Source: a virus
Taxonomy: Duplodnaviria > Caudoviricetes
Virus record (IMG/VR): IMGVR_UViG_3300025738_000008
Coordinates: 1-41,536 of that record
Length of the DNA: 41,536 bases
Direction: 5' to 3' (one strand)
How positions within the stretch are numbered: position 1 is the stretch's first letter; each line of letters starts with the position of its first letter. Position numbers and translations under genes: made by a program. The notes below the pieces were generated by a model. The model had not been told where the DNA came from. It searched no databases and saw only the letters and a program-made list of their open reading frames with translations. Positions 17,319 to 27,227 of this stretch are shown here, piece by piece.

Positions 17319-17499
17319 TGTGTTTGTGTTACCGCCTGCAGCGTTAATTACGCCGTGTGATATTCCTTTTGATGCTCCGCCCTTAACTCGGGATGAAGCG
17401 GTCGAACGTGATCTTGTTTGGAAGGGTGCGTTAGATAAGTGCGGGAAGAAACCCGATAAGATCAAAGAGTGGTACCGAGGTAAACAGGCTGATAAATAG
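17221..17499 (+). CDS. Outer-membrane spanin lipoprotein (Rz1-like)
   Basis: Lipobox LLTAC, Pro-rich, overlaps Rz in another frame. Confidence 0.82.
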   Translation: MKKMIVVLGLCLPVLLTACGSTTELKVVTQTRDVFVLPPAALITPCDIPFDAPPLTRDEAVERDLVWKGALDKCGKKPDKIKEWYRGKQADK

Positions 17500-17529
17500 C
17501 TAATGTAGCCACTCTTTCCAATAAGGCAA

Positions 17530-17595
17530 ATATAAGGCCAGCATATGCTGGCCTTATATATAAGTGGGTTTTGAAAGCCTGCTTATATATAAGGC
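17530..17595. repeat. Perfect 30-bp palindrome overlapping a second inverted repeat
   Basis: ATATAAGGCCAGCAT|ATGCTGGCCTTATAT (17530-17559); GCCTTATATATAAG (17551-64) / CTTATATATAAGGC (17582-95). Confidence 0.9.
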
Positions 17596-17830
17596 AATGC
17601 ACCGTAGTGTTCAACTGAGGGATTTAACATGCAGGCATGACTTCCACGCGGACGGGTAACACGGTCTGAGCGGGCAGAACGCGAGTGTTACGGAAACCAT
17701 ATTCAATGCAGGCGTAGTCAATCCGATTCAATCGACTACATCCAAACCCGAGCTGGGCAGAGACAAAGCTGATATTAATGTAGGTAGCGCGTTGAATCGT
17801 GCATTGATCATCGGCGCACACGAGGTTGTT

Positions 17831-17995
17831 ATGTTTAAACAGATTATAAGTACACAAGGTCAGGCATTAGAACAGATGATGTCAAAGCAGCCAACAGATA
17901 ACCCAGCGTTGATGAATGAAGCGCAAACGGATTTAAAGAACGCGATAGATAAAGCGGTGAAAGCAGCCGGAGAGACAACCAATGCCTCTGCTTAA
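17831..17995 (+). CDS. Hypothetical protein
   Basis: GAGGT RBS before ATG 17831. Confidence 0.6.
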   Translation: MFKQIISTQGQALEQMMSKQPTDNPALMNEAQTDLKNAIDKAVKAAGETTNASA

Positions 17996-18260
17996 TCAAC
18001 TGCCTAATGCTGAAATAGCTAAAGAGTTCACTCATTATGCAAAGCTGCATGGTGTGCCGATTTACTTCAATGAAAAGACTAATGCTGTAAGTACACGCAA
18101 TTGGGTACCTGAATGGATACTTGATGTTGCGCAAGGTCTCGTTGATACAGCTGACATGTTGAAGCATTACATGCTGCCAGTTCATGAGGAATCTTGCTTC
18201 ATGATTAAGTTAGGTAAACCCATCGAAAGTGAATGCGACCGTGGTCGCAACGGCAAATAA
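17982..18260 (+). CDS. Hypothetical protein
   Basis: GGAG RBS; 3' end contains a parS-like site. Confidence 0.65.
   Translation: MPLLNQLPNAEIAKEFTHYAKLHGVPIYFNEKTNAVSTRNWVPEWILDVAQGLVDTADMLKHYMLPVHEESCFMIKLGKPIESECDRGRNGK
18234..18249. promoter_or_regulatory. Putative parS/sopC-like centromere site 3
   Basis: TGCGACCGTGGTCGCA. Confidence 0.8.
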
Positions 18261-18275
18261 GCACCAGATTGTTTT

Positions 18276-18330
18276 AGGTACTCCGGACGGGGGCCCCCAA
18301 ACTGCGGGTGAATAACTCGCGTGGTCAGAG
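18276..18330. other. Putative cos packaging region
   Basis: GC-rich AGGTACTCCGGACGGGGGCCCCCAAACTGCGGGTG just upstream of terS, reminiscent of lambda cosQ-cosN (GGGTCCT...GGGCGGCGACCTCGCGGGT). Confidence 0.5.
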
Positions 18331-18396
18331 AATTTTTTATATTATTTTTGACTGGATCCGCTTCCGATTTTTCAATTGTTTTGGGACCTATTATTT

Positions 18397-18978
18397 ATGA
18401 GCACAATAAAAGCGTTAGCAGTTAAATTAGGTGTATCTGACCGTACTATTCGTAACCATCAAAAAGACGGCTACGCTTTGGTGTACTTGGATGATAAGAA
18501 AATTGACATCGATAAATCAGTGCATGTATATGTTAAATATCAATCTGAAAAAATAAGACAAATGAAGGCTCAGAAAGGCCGAGATTCTAGCGGAAACAGC
18601 GGAAGCAGTAATGAGCCTGAAGCGATAACAGATTGGAAAGCGGAAAAAGAAAAACAAGCAGCAATAAAAATCAAATTACAGAATGAGCAAGACTTAGGTG
18701 AGTCAGTTCCGTTGGATGCGATGATGGAGCTTTATAACAAACCTCTTTCGTATATCAAAAATAAGCTAACTGATTTATCTAACCAAATATCAAAACGTTT
18801 CTCTCTTTCTCCAGCCGAAATTAAGTTAGTTGATGATTTAGTTCGTGATGCGCTCGATGAACTGAATGAGAAGGGTATGGATGAATTGCAGTCAATTATC
18901 ACGCCGATTATCGAGCGGTATTCTAAATACTATCGTTCCGCCGAAGAAGATGGCGATTATTCCCTGGACGAGGATTAA
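18397..18978 (+). CDS. Terminase small subunit (Nu1-like)
   Basis: N-terminal wHTH (LAVKLGVSDRTIRN), coiled coil, overlaps terL. Confidence 0.8.
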   Translation: MSTIKALAVKLGVSDRTIRNHQKDGYALVYLDDKKIDIDKSVHVYVKYQSEKIRQMKAQKGRDSSGNSGSSNEPEAITDWKAEKEKQAAIKIKLQNEQDLGESVPLDAMMELYNKPLSYIKNKLTDLSNQISKRFSLSPAEIKLVDDLVRDALDELNEKGMDELQSIITPIIERYSKYYRSAEEDGDYSLDED

Positions 18979-20800
18979 TCAGAATCCAGCAGCTCAAATA
19001 TTTTCACCGAAAAAATTCCAAGAAGCTTGGCTACTTGCGTTTGAATCTCCGTATATTGAAAAAATAGTATTATCGAAAAGTGCGCGTGTGGGCTATGCCA
19101 TTTTCATGAACACGGCTATTGGTTGGTCAATTACTAATGACCCAGCCAACATCATGGTCGCCCAGAACACATTTACTGATGCGGGAAAATACGCAAGTAA
19201 AGAAGCCAGTAAGGTTTTTACTTATTGCACACCAGTTTCAAAGTGCATGTTTGGTAAAAATGCCAGCACAGAGAAACAGTTTTACGGTGGTGATTTTAGC
19301 GTCGTATGGGCTACTTCTGCTGGTTCATTCCGAATGGTTACTATTCGTTACTTATTTCTTGATGAAGTAAGTGGCTGGCCGGAAAACCCCGATAATGAAG
19401 GTGATCCGGTTGAGAACGCGATAATACGAACGGAAACAGAAAGCCGTCGTAAAGTTGTCATGGGTTCAACGCCTAAAGAGGCGGGAACTTGCAAAATAAC
19501 AAAAGAATTCAAGTTAACCGATCAGCGTTATCTTTATGTGCCATGTCCACATTGTGAAAATAAGCATCGATTGAAATTAGAAAACTTACGCTATCAGTCT
19601 GACGATTATAAAACAGCACATTTTGTTTGCCCTCAGTGCAGTGGCAAGATTTATGAATATCATAAGTTTGCCATGGTTGAGGCCGGGCAATGGCAAGCAA
19701 CACGCGAGTTTAAATGTTGCGATATTCACCAAGTTCCAGAGCAATGGGATGAAACAGGGACTGCGCTTTGCTGCAAATGTAACAAACCAGGTGATATCAA
19801 TGAACGCGGAAAAGTTGATGCAGGTTTTCACATCTGGATGGCATATAACGACAATCCAAATACTGCGTTACCCACGATTGCGAAAGAATATGACAAGGCT
19901 AAAAAAGATCCGCTAAAAATGCAGTCGTTTATGAACACGCGAGTTGGTGTTGAATATTCAGATACACAACGTGCTCATAAGTTAAATAACTTTGATGAAT
20001 TATATGAACGTCGCGAATATTACGAACCATCAGTTAGCTTACCTACTGAAACACGCTGCGTAATTGGTACTGTCGATACTCAGAAAAACCGTTTTGAGTA
20101 TCATTTGTGGGCAATTGGTGAGCGGGGGGAAATGTGGGCCATTAATTATGGTGTTATCTATGGAGATCCAGAAGACGATTCCACGCAAAAAAGCTTAATC
20201 CATCAACTTAGTCAGCCTTTAATATTATCCGAAGATCGAAGTATTAGCGTTTACGCTGTTGCTATGGATTGTAACGGCCATGCGTGGAAAGCGATGTTAG
20301 ATTTTTGCCGACCTTACCAGGGTTGGATTTACGCAATCCGTGGTGAGGTTAACGCAAAAACTAAATTTAAACCTGAATTTACTTTGGGATTTAAAGTTCA
20401 TCCAGAAGCAAAATGTGAATATCGAAGCCTCAATGTTCATCAATTAAAAAACCGCGCTGCAGAACGACTTAATAATATAAAGCCTGGTAAAAACTATATC
20501 CATTTCCCTGCCATTGACACGTTTGATTTAACGTATTTTCAGATGCTCACAGCCGAAGAATTAGTGGGCAGTGGTAGTAAGGTTAAATGGAAAAAACGGC
20601 AAGGCCAAGAACGAAATGAGCCGTGGGATTTATTTGTTTACGCACTTTGGTTATACGAATTTTTACGACCAGAGATTCAGGCTGCAAATTCTTATGAGCC
20701 TCTGGGGCTTATTGATTTAGTTAATCAAACATCAACAGATTCGGATGAACAACACGATTATTCAGACGATTACGAAACATCAAGTTATGAGGACTATTGA
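18950..20800 (+). CDS. Terminase large subunit (lambda gpA family)
   Basis: KSARVGY, LFLDEVSGWP, GSTP, DQRYLYVPCPHC, GTVDTQ, RNEPWDLFVYA. Confidence 0.93.
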   Translation: MAIIPWTRINQNPAAQIFSPKKFQEAWLLAFESPYIEKIVLSKSARVGYAIFMNTAIGWSITNDPANIMVAQNTFTDAGKYASKEASKVFTYCTPVSKCMFGKNASTEKQFYGGDFSVVWATSAGSFRMVTIRYLFLDEVSGWPENPDNEGDPVENAIIRTETESRRKVVMGSTPKEAGTCKITKEFKLTDQRYLYVPCPHCENKHRLKLENLRYQSDDYKTAHFVCPQCSGKIYEYHKFAMVEAGQWQATREFKCCDIHQVPEQWDETGTALCCKCNKPGDINERGKVDAGFHIWMAYNDNPNTALPTIAKEYDKAKKDPLKMQSFMNTRVGVEYSDTQRAHKLNNFDELYERREYYEPSVSLPTETRCVIGTVDTQKNRFEYHLWAIGERGEMWAINYGVIYGDPEDDSTQKSLIHQLSQPLILSEDRSISVYAVAMDCNGHAWKAMLDFCRPYQGWIYAIRGEVNAKTKFKPEFTLGFKVHPEAKCEYRSLNVHQLKNRAAERLNNIKPGKNYIHFPAIDTFDLTYFQMLTAEELVGSGSKVKWKKRQGQERNEPWDLFVYALWLYEFLRPEIQAANSYEPLGLIDLVNQTSTDSDEQHDYSDDYETSSYEDY

Positions 20801-20809
20801 GGACTATTA

Positions 20810-21043
20810 ATGGCCATTTATTCGACGCCTGACAATTTAGTAATAGTCCAACAAGCTATCACTGATTTAGTTAGAGGAAAGCGCAAGGTTCGTGTTGAAT
20901 ACACAGAACAAAACGGTAATAAAACGAGCATGCAGTACACGGATGTGAGTTTAAGTGAATTGCGTAGTTTACAAATTCAGATGCAACATGACTTAAATCC
21001 GGCACCGTTAATGGAAAGCGTGGATATGGAGGTGGTCTTTTGA
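20810..21043 (+). CDS. Head-tail joining protein (gpW-like)
   Basis: 77 aa between terL and portal; AITDLVRGKR...YT...L pattern. Confidence 0.75.
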   Translation: MAIYSTPDNLVIVQQAITDLVRGKRKVRVEYTEQNGNKTSMQYTDVSLSELRSLQIQMQHDLNPAPLMESVDMEVVF

Positions 21044-22428
21044 GTTATTCAACGATAGCTAAGTCACCTTTATTTTCGGATGCAGAACTTCATGACAATG
21101 AAAAAAGCGAACAAGCGTTATTAAAAGAGATCACGGCTAGCCACCACTTAATGCGCAACAATCCATTGTTACGCGTCGGGGCAACTCGATTTCGAGCATC
21201 ATGTATTGGAGGTGGTGCAAAACCTGTTTTTAATCCTAAATTGTTTGATGCTGATTTCATTACAAGTTTCAACGAATGGACACTGTATTGTGATTTTGAA
21301 GGGAATACTAACTTTGCAGGTATTCAAGCGTTAGCAGTGATTACTATGTTGATTGACGGCAGCGCTTTTATTATTCGTCGTCGGACATTAAATATTGTGC
21401 CTCTGCAGTTGCAAGTCGTTAGCCCATTGAGTCTCGCCTCTGGTTTGGAAAAGCCAGGTAAAGGTGCATACATTCGGGGTGGTATTCTTTACGCAAAAAA
21501 CGGCAAAGTGAAGAAGTATGCATTTTATAAATTAGCTCGCGACCATCCTGAATTTGATGAAGAGTCTGTTAATTGGATACCAGCTGCGGATGTTATACAT
21601 TTACGCGATGTAATCCATGCAGGACAAACAACAGCACAGCCCTGGATCGCTGCAGGTGGTGATTTTGCTAAGCAATATAAAGACAATCAAACAGTCGAAA
21701 TAAAGTCTCGAATGAAACGGACTGCGCAGCAAGTTTTCGCAATGAAAGAGAGCGATGGAAATCAACAAAACTCAAACAAACCAGCTAATAACAATGCACC
21801 ACAGAAATTAGTGCACAAAGTCGGTGATGTTACGGTTCTAAATGGTGTTAAAGACATTAAAACAGCGTCAACACCAGAGATGGCGGGAAACTATCAGGAA
21901 CATAATAATCAAGTACTACGCATGATAGCAGGCTTGCTGGGTATTACTTACGAAATGTTAACAGGCGACCTTACTCAAGTAAATTACTCAAGTATTCGCG
22001 CAGGCATGATTAATCATCGCCGTTTCATCGGGCAACTCAGAGATATTGTTTTAGGACCGGCTTTTAATCGGATACTAGGTTGGTTCATTGATGCGTACCA
22101 ATTAAAAACAGTCACTGAATTACCTGGTTATTTTGATAACCCATACAGCTATTTAAATCCACAATGGATTTGGCCGGAGTGGGAAGAAATCGATCCACTG
22201 AAAGCAGCGAAAGCGTTGGTACTTGAAGTTGATAACCACATCAAGTCGCTAGAAGAAGTTTCGAACGGCAGGGGCCAAACATTAGACCAGCATCTTGATA
22301 GCGTTCAGCGCAGTAATGATGCACTTAAAGAAAGAGGTATAACCAATGCGACATCTGCTGCAGTTGATGACGAACTCACCGATGCTGATGACGATAGACG
22401 CCCATCAGACAAATCTAAGCCTGCTTAA
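21040..22428 (+). CDS. Portal protein (lambda family)
   Basis: GITYEMLTGDLTQVNYSSIRAG, IDPLK motifs. Confidence 0.92.
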   Translation: MSYSTIAKSPLFSDAELHDNEKSEQALLKEITASHHLMRNNPLLRVGATRFRASCIGGGAKPVFNPKLFDADFITSFNEWTLYCDFEGNTNFAGIQALAVITMLIDGSAFIIRRRTLNIVPLQLQVVSPLSLASGLEKPGKGAYIRGGILYAKNGKVKKYAFYKLARDHPEFDEESVNWIPAADVIHLRDVIHAGQTTAQPWIAAGGDFAKQYKDNQTVEIKSRMKRTAQQVFAMKESDGNQQNSNKPANNNAPQKLVHKVGDVTVLNGVKDIKTASTPEMAGNYQEHNNQVLRMIAGLLGITYEMLTGDLTQVNYSSIRAGMINHRRFIGQLRDIVLGPAFNRILGWFIDAYQLKTVTELPGYFDNPYSYLNPQWIWPEWEEIDPLKAAKALVLEVDNHIKSLEEVSNGRGQTLDQHLDSVQRSNDALKERGITNATSAAVDDELTDADDDRRPSDKSKPA

Positions 22429-23455
22429 ACAGTTCTATCAAAACCCAAAATTGTTTATGGGTAGCAGTAATGCAGAGAAGAAAGATACATTTTGCCACTT
22501 ATCTGTTTTCGGCCCCACTACACACCGTTTTAATGGTTTGGATTCCAACTGTAATCGCGTGCTTTGTTATCGTGATTTACGTCATGACCTCGAACCCTTG
22601 AAGAGTGATGATTCAGTTAAGAAAGTGTTTATTGAATTTAATGGCCCCGGCGGTGAAGCTGAAGGTTGTTTTGACTTAGCGGATTACATTGCTGAGTTGG
22701 GAAAAATAAAGCCAGTTATCGGGTTTATCAACGGTAGTTCTTATTCAGCTAATTATGCACTTGCTTGCGCATGTAATGAACTATATGCAAGCCCTTATAG
22801 CATGGGCGGGTCAATAGGTGCAATTTATGGACGCCGAGAAATTATGCGCGAAAATGAAACGGTTACTTATTTTAAAACCGGTGATGCGAAAGCTGACGGC
22901 ACACCTGATTTAGCGCTTGATGAAAATGAGAGTGGTCGACATCAAGCAATGGTTGATCAGCTTGGTGATTCATTTTTTGCATTGGTTGCAAATCATCGGG
23001 GTGTTGATGCCAAGGCTGTTAAAGCACTGCAGGCGGGACTATTTAATTCACAAGCGTTACTCAATCACGGTTTGATTGATGGCATAAAAACAGAAGAAGA
23101 GATAAAAACCATGATGACAAACGCAGGTCACCAAAAAATTGTAGACAGTATCAACGCAACGCATGCTTTAGAAAAAACAGAGCTGACTACACAAATCACT
23201 GAATTGCAATCTGAAAACCAGAAACAACAAGAGAATCAATTAAAACTAAGTCAAAAGATTATGAATTTAGCTACATCAGCCGGTGTACCTGAATTAGCCG
23301 CTGAACTGATTGTTGATGATGCTAATGAAATTGATGCAGCTAAAAAAATCAAAATTGCCGCTGCAGCAAAAGACGAAGAGCTTTTATTAACTAGCGGTTT
23401 AGATACGCAAGGTAACGAAGCTTATGACATGCAACAACTAATAAGAGATGCATAA
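22346..23455 (+). CDS. Prohead protease (S49) with scaffold C-terminus
   Basis: FNGPGG, SYSANYALA, GSIG. Confidence 0.88.
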   Translation: MRHLLQLMTNSPMLMTIDAHQTNLSLLKQFYQNPKLFMGSSNAEKKDTFCHLSVFGPTTHRFNGLDSNCNRVLCYRDLRHDLEPLKSDDSVKKVFIEFNGPGGEAEGCFDLADYIAELGKIKPVIGFINGSSYSANYALACACNELYASPYSMGGSIGAIYGRREIMRENETVTYFKTGDAKADGTPDLALDENESGRHQAMVDQLGDSFFALVANHRGVDAKAVKALQAGLFNSQALLNHGLIDGIKTEEEIKTMMTNAGHQKIVDSINATHALEKTELTTQITELQSENQKQQENQLKLSQKIMNLATSAGVPELAAELIVDDANEIDAAKKIKIAAAAKDEELLLTSGLDTQGNEAYDMQQLIRDA

Positions 23456-23778
23456 TGAAAAAAATTAATATGCCTGATTCAATGGCACTTAAATTACTTT
23501 GGTCTCACGAACGCGGTGAACTTTGTAATAAACAAATACCAGCCGCGTCAACTAATCCTGAATTATCTTTAGTTAATAAAGACGGTGATGCCATTGATAC
23601 TACTGTTGATAATTATGATGCCAGTGACGTTTATGGGGTTCACATGAGTAATGGCGCAGTGTATTACGCTCACTCGGTTTTTAATGGGAAGTACATCGTG
23701 TGGCCAGAAAATATAACAGAGCCAGTTAAAGCATTAATTATTGCGCAACTTGAAAAATCATTTTTAATTATTAAATAG
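23455..23778 (+). CDS. Head decoration protein
   Basis: Position between protease and capsid; IVWPENIT...AQLEK end. Confidence 0.65.
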   Translation: MKKINMPDSMALKLLWSHERGELCNKQIPAASTNPELSLVNKDGDAIDTTVDNYDASDVYGVHMSNGAVYYAHSVFNGKYIVWPENITEPVKALIIAQLEKSFLIIK

Positions 23779-23786
23779 GTAGCCTC

Positions 23787-24773
23787 ATGCCAGAAGAAAT
23801 TTTTGATAATGAGGCATTTACGCTTGCCTCGCTTACAACAGGTTATAACTCAGCAACGAACATTGATGCTGATGTGTTAAATATGTTTACTGTTGAAAAC
23901 GTAGAAAACCGCACAGTTATGATAGTTAAATCAGGTACTGAACTACAAGTTCTGATGCCAGGTGAAATTGGCAACAATCCGAACATTGATGTAGCCGACA
24001 AAGAGAGTGCGGTACCAGTTAGCTTAATCCGTTACCCATTTGAAACATATATTGTACCAAGTGATTTAACTCGCATTGCATCTCTGAAAGATAAGAAACT
24101 CAAAGCATCAGAACTGGCTGTGTTAGTTAAAACACAAATGACTAAACACAAAGCCAATCATCGATATACAGCAGCGTTTACAGCCTATTCAGCTTTAAAA
24201 GGTATAGTGAAAAATAAAAACGGTAGCATTCTTACTAACTTATTCAATACTCTTGAAGTGGAAGAACGTAAAGTTGATTTGAAACTCGGCACACCAGGTA
24301 TTAATGTACCTTTATTGTTGAAGGGAATTAAAAAAGACACAAAAACAAACGCCAAAAAACACGGTCACATGACAATTTCTGGTGTGACGTGTCGTCTCGG
24401 ACAAGATGTGATTGATCGCATTTTGAATCATAAAAGTATTAAAGAATTTTACGGTGAAGAGGTTCACGCAAAACGTGTCGTTCAGTTTGCTGATGACTCT
24501 TCTGGAATTAACATTTGCGGTATTCATTTTATCACTGATGAAGCTGACGCAGTAGAAACAAAAGGTGCATCTTACCCTACTGGTATTAATAACTTATTTT
24601 GTATGTTACGTGCGCCAGCGGATGTGTTGTCAGGTGGTACAAATCAGCGAGAGTGTTACATCACGAAGAAAATGAAAGATCATGACGAAGGTATGGAAAT
24701 TCGCTCACGCGCTATTTACTTACCAATTTGCCGCGATCCAAGTTTGCTTTGTGAAATCTTCTCGTCAAATTAA
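23787..24773 (+). CDS. Major capsid protein (gpE-like)
   Basis: AFTLASLT start, APAD, LPICRDP; size and position. Confidence 0.82.
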   Translation: MPEEIFDNEAFTLASLTTGYNSATNIDADVLNMFTVENVENRTVMIVKSGTELQVLMPGEIGNNPNIDVADKESAVPVSLIRYPFETYIVPSDLTRIASLKDKKLKASELAVLVKTQMTKHKANHRYTAAFTAYSALKGIVKNKNGSILTNLFNTLEVEERKVDLKLGTPGINVPLLLKGIKKDTKTNAKKHGHMTISGVTCRLGQDVIDRILNHKSIKEFYGEEVHAKRVVQFADDSSGINICGIHFITDEADAVETKGASYPTGINNLFCMLRAPADVLSGGTNQRECYITKKMKDHDEGMEIRSRAIYLPICRDPSLLCEIFSSN

Positions 24774-24788
24774 TGTGATCAGCAAGGG

Positions 24789-25151
24789 GTGCAATTGAAT
24801 AATCAACATAAAGCTGTTCTTGCTGATTTAAAATCTAGTATCGATGACGAATTTGGCGAATCCGCTGTGTGGTTGTTTGAAAGTGGTAACCGCGAACCAG
24901 TTTTTGGTACATTTAGTTTGATAGAAAAAAGTTTTAACGTTAAGCAATCGCGTGAAAATCGAAGTGGCGGTATAACAGTTGATGTTGCGACAGCTACATA
25001 TGCGATGACGCCGAGTAAGGTGAAAGGTAACGCAGGTGACTCGCTGCGTATTCGTGGTCAAGATTACTTAGTTTTACCTTTTTCATCAGGTGATTTTGAA
25101 ACAATTATACCGCTTAAATTAACTCAGAATAAAAACCACAGTTGGCGTTAA
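24789..25151 (+). CDS. Putative head-tail joining/closure protein
   Basis: Position; GDSLRIRGQDYLV. Confidence 0.55.
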   Translation: MQLNNQHKAVLADLKSSIDDEFGESAVWLFESGNREPVFGTFSLIEKSFNVKQSRENRSGGITVDVATATYAMTPSKVKGNAGDSLRIRGQDYLVLPFSSGDFETIIPLKLTQNKNHSWR

Positions 25152-25152
25152 T

Positions 25153-25725
25153 ATGCATCTTGAGATGGACTTAGGCGACGACTTAGCTGAACTTGAAGAA
25201 CAACTACAGCTGTCTTTTCCGCAAATTCAAAAAGCAGTATCACGCGCGTTGGCTAAAACGTCGCGATGGATAGAGACTCACAGTAAACGCGAACTTGGTA
25301 AAGCGCTATCTCTCCCGCAGCGCATATTTAATGTGCGTTATCATCATTCATATAGATTAAAGAATAGTGAACGGTCTGTTTTAGTGTGGTTCGGTTTAGA
25401 GCCCATACCTACCTATCGGCTTGGTAGAGCGGAGCAAAACAACATGGGGGTTCGAGTTGGTCGACATCAATTTGATGGTGCATTTATAGCTACGATGAAA
25501 AACGGACACCAAGGTGTTTTTGAAAGAAAAGCATCAAAGAATAACAGACGGGAAAAACGTCCTGATGGTCAGTGGACAGAGTTACCAATTGATGAAGTAA
25601 CTCGACTTCCTATTGAAGATATAGCAAAACCTATTATTGAACGTTATTACGTTAGAGCAGAAGCTCGATTCAAAGAAATATTGCAGCAAGAAATTAACTT
25701 TGCATTAAATATAGAGGTCGCATGA
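25153..25725 (+). CDS. Minor tail/neck protein (gpZ-like)
   Basis: AVSRALAKT, GAFIATMKNGHQGVFER, RLPI. Confidence 0.75.
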   Translation: MHLEMDLGDDLAELEEQLQLSFPQIQKAVSRALAKTSRWIETHSKRELGKALSLPQRIFNVRYHHSYRLKNSERSVLVWFGLEPIPTYRLGRAEQNNMGVRVGRHQFDGAFIATMKNGHQGVFERKASKNNRREKRPDGQWTELPIDEVTRLPIEDIAKPIIERYYVRAEARFKEILQQEINFALNIEVA

Positions 25726-26261
25726 ATCCAACTATCACGTCTATTCATGACGCTATAAAAGCCGCATTAAGTAATAAATTTTTAAGAGTTAACATCGATA
25801 CTTACGAGCCTCTGAAAGATTTATCAGAACTTGCTCCCGCGCTTTTAATTAACTTTGAAGAACTGCCTAAGGCGGTCGATGTTGGTGATGGACGTTACCC
25901 CGTTAATGCTCGGATATCATTACATTGCGTACTTGGATATGAAGTGAAAAACTTGCAGATTGAATTGCAAGAATTTGCTATATCAGTGTCTCAGTTTGTA
26001 TATGAAAATGGTATTTGGCTAAATGGGTCCGTGGTCTCAAAGCCTAAAGGAATAACGGCATTCCCTGGTAACTTTAAAAAAGCAACGTCAGGTGGATATG
26101 ATTCCTGGGTAGTATCTTGGGATCAATATTTATACCTCGGTGAATCAGAGTGGGAAACACCTGAAGTGTGCGGTGGTATTCGTTTAGCCGTCAACCCTAC
26201 CAATCAAGACGAACCTGAAGAGTACAAATCGTTGGAGATAGCACATGCACCAAGTGATTGA
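25722..26261 (+). CDS. Putative tail completion/terminator protein
   Basis: Position; YDSWVVSWDQYLYLGES motif. Confidence 0.6.
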   Translation: MNPTITSIHDAIKAALSNKFLRVNIDTYEPLKDLSELAPALLINFEELPKAVDVGDGRYPVNARISLHCVLGYEVKNLQIELQEFAISVSQFVYENGIWLNGSVVSKPKGITAFPGNFKKATSGGYDSWVVSWDQYLYLGESEWETPEVCGGIRLAVNPTNQDEPEEYKSLEIAHAPSD

Positions 26262-26868
26262 ATTATTGGTGCGTGACATGTTGAGTCCTTACCTTGATCG
26301 GATGGAAGAGTTAAGTTCAGAAGTCGAAGATCTGAGAAAAAGATTGCAGTTAATCATCAGACTTGGTTACGTTTATAAAATAAACGATAAGAATAATCTT
26401 GTTAAAATAAAACACGGTGAGCTTGAAACCCCATTTATTAAATGGTTTGCGCAATCGTCTGGCCGAGTATCGCATTACCGATGCCCGACAGTTGGAGAGC
26501 AGGCTATTATTTTAAATTATGGTGCTGGCGACACAGGGACCCAAAGTATAGCCTTAATCGGCATAGATTCTAAGAAGTTCCCATTCCCTACAGATAAGCC
26601 ATCAGAGGTAGTCACTGCTTACGGTGATAAGTGTGCAGAAATATGGGATATGGATGCGGGTACGCTTACTCTTAAAGCGGAAACACTGATTAAGCTGGAC
26701 AGCCAGGTAGTACGTGCCACCAACAATGTACATGCAGATAAAGATATTCATGCTGATGGTGAAGTTAGTGATAAAACCAGAACAATGCAGGCTGACCGAC
26801 TTATTTATAATAGTCACAAGCATCCACATGGGGTGCCTAATACTAGCGTACCGGAGCAGCAACAGTGA
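26245..26868 (+). CDS. Baseplate spike (P2 gpV-like)
   Basis: PTVGEQ motif; C-terminal HKHPH metal site. Confidence 0.88.
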   Translation: MHQVIELLVRDMLSPYLDRMEELSSEVEDLRKRLQLIIRLGYVYKINDKNNLVKIKHGELETPFIKWFAQSSGRVSHYRCPTVGEQAIILNYGAGDTGTQSIALIGIDSKKFPFPTDKPSEVVTAYGDKCAEIWDMDAGTLTLKAETLIKLDSQVVRATNNVHADKDIHADGEVSDKTRTMQADRLIYNSHKHPHGVPNTSVPEQQQ

Positions 26869-27227
26869 TTGGGATAGATAGAAAGTCAGGCAGAAGAATC
26901 GATGGTTTCGAACAGTTTGTTAGTCGCGTTACTCAGATAATGACCACTTCACTAGTTGGACGCGCTAAACGACCGAAAGTTGGTAGTAAAGTGCGAGATA
27001 GTCTTTCTGCAAACATGTCTGATAGTACGTTAGTTCGTGTGCAATCGGCTTCAATCGAAGCTTTTTATAATAAAGCTAATGGGTTGCATGACTTCGTTCC
27101 GAGCCGTTGCATAGCCCAGCGTCATGCCACCGGCCTAAGCTTATTTTTCGAAGGAAAGTGGCAAGGGCGTCCTGTTAAATTTGAGGTACCGCTCGATGTT
27201 TTTTCCACATCAAAACCCTTTACCTAA
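26865..27227 (+). CDS. Baseplate wedge (P2 gpW/gp25-like)
   Basis: MIGIDRKSGR, IMTTSLVGRAKRPKVGS. Confidence 0.8.
   Translation: MIGIDRKSGRRIDGFEQFVSRVTQIMTTSLVGRAKRPKVGSKVRDSLSANMSDSTLVRVQSASIEAFYNKANGLHDFVPSRCIAQRHATGLSLFFEGKWQGRPVKFEVPLDVFSTSKPFT

Noticed and set aside
17530-17559. 30-bp palindrome as telRL
   Set aside because: Only ~750 bp from the cos-like site and far from telN/parA, unlike known telRL positions; kept only as an unexplained structure.
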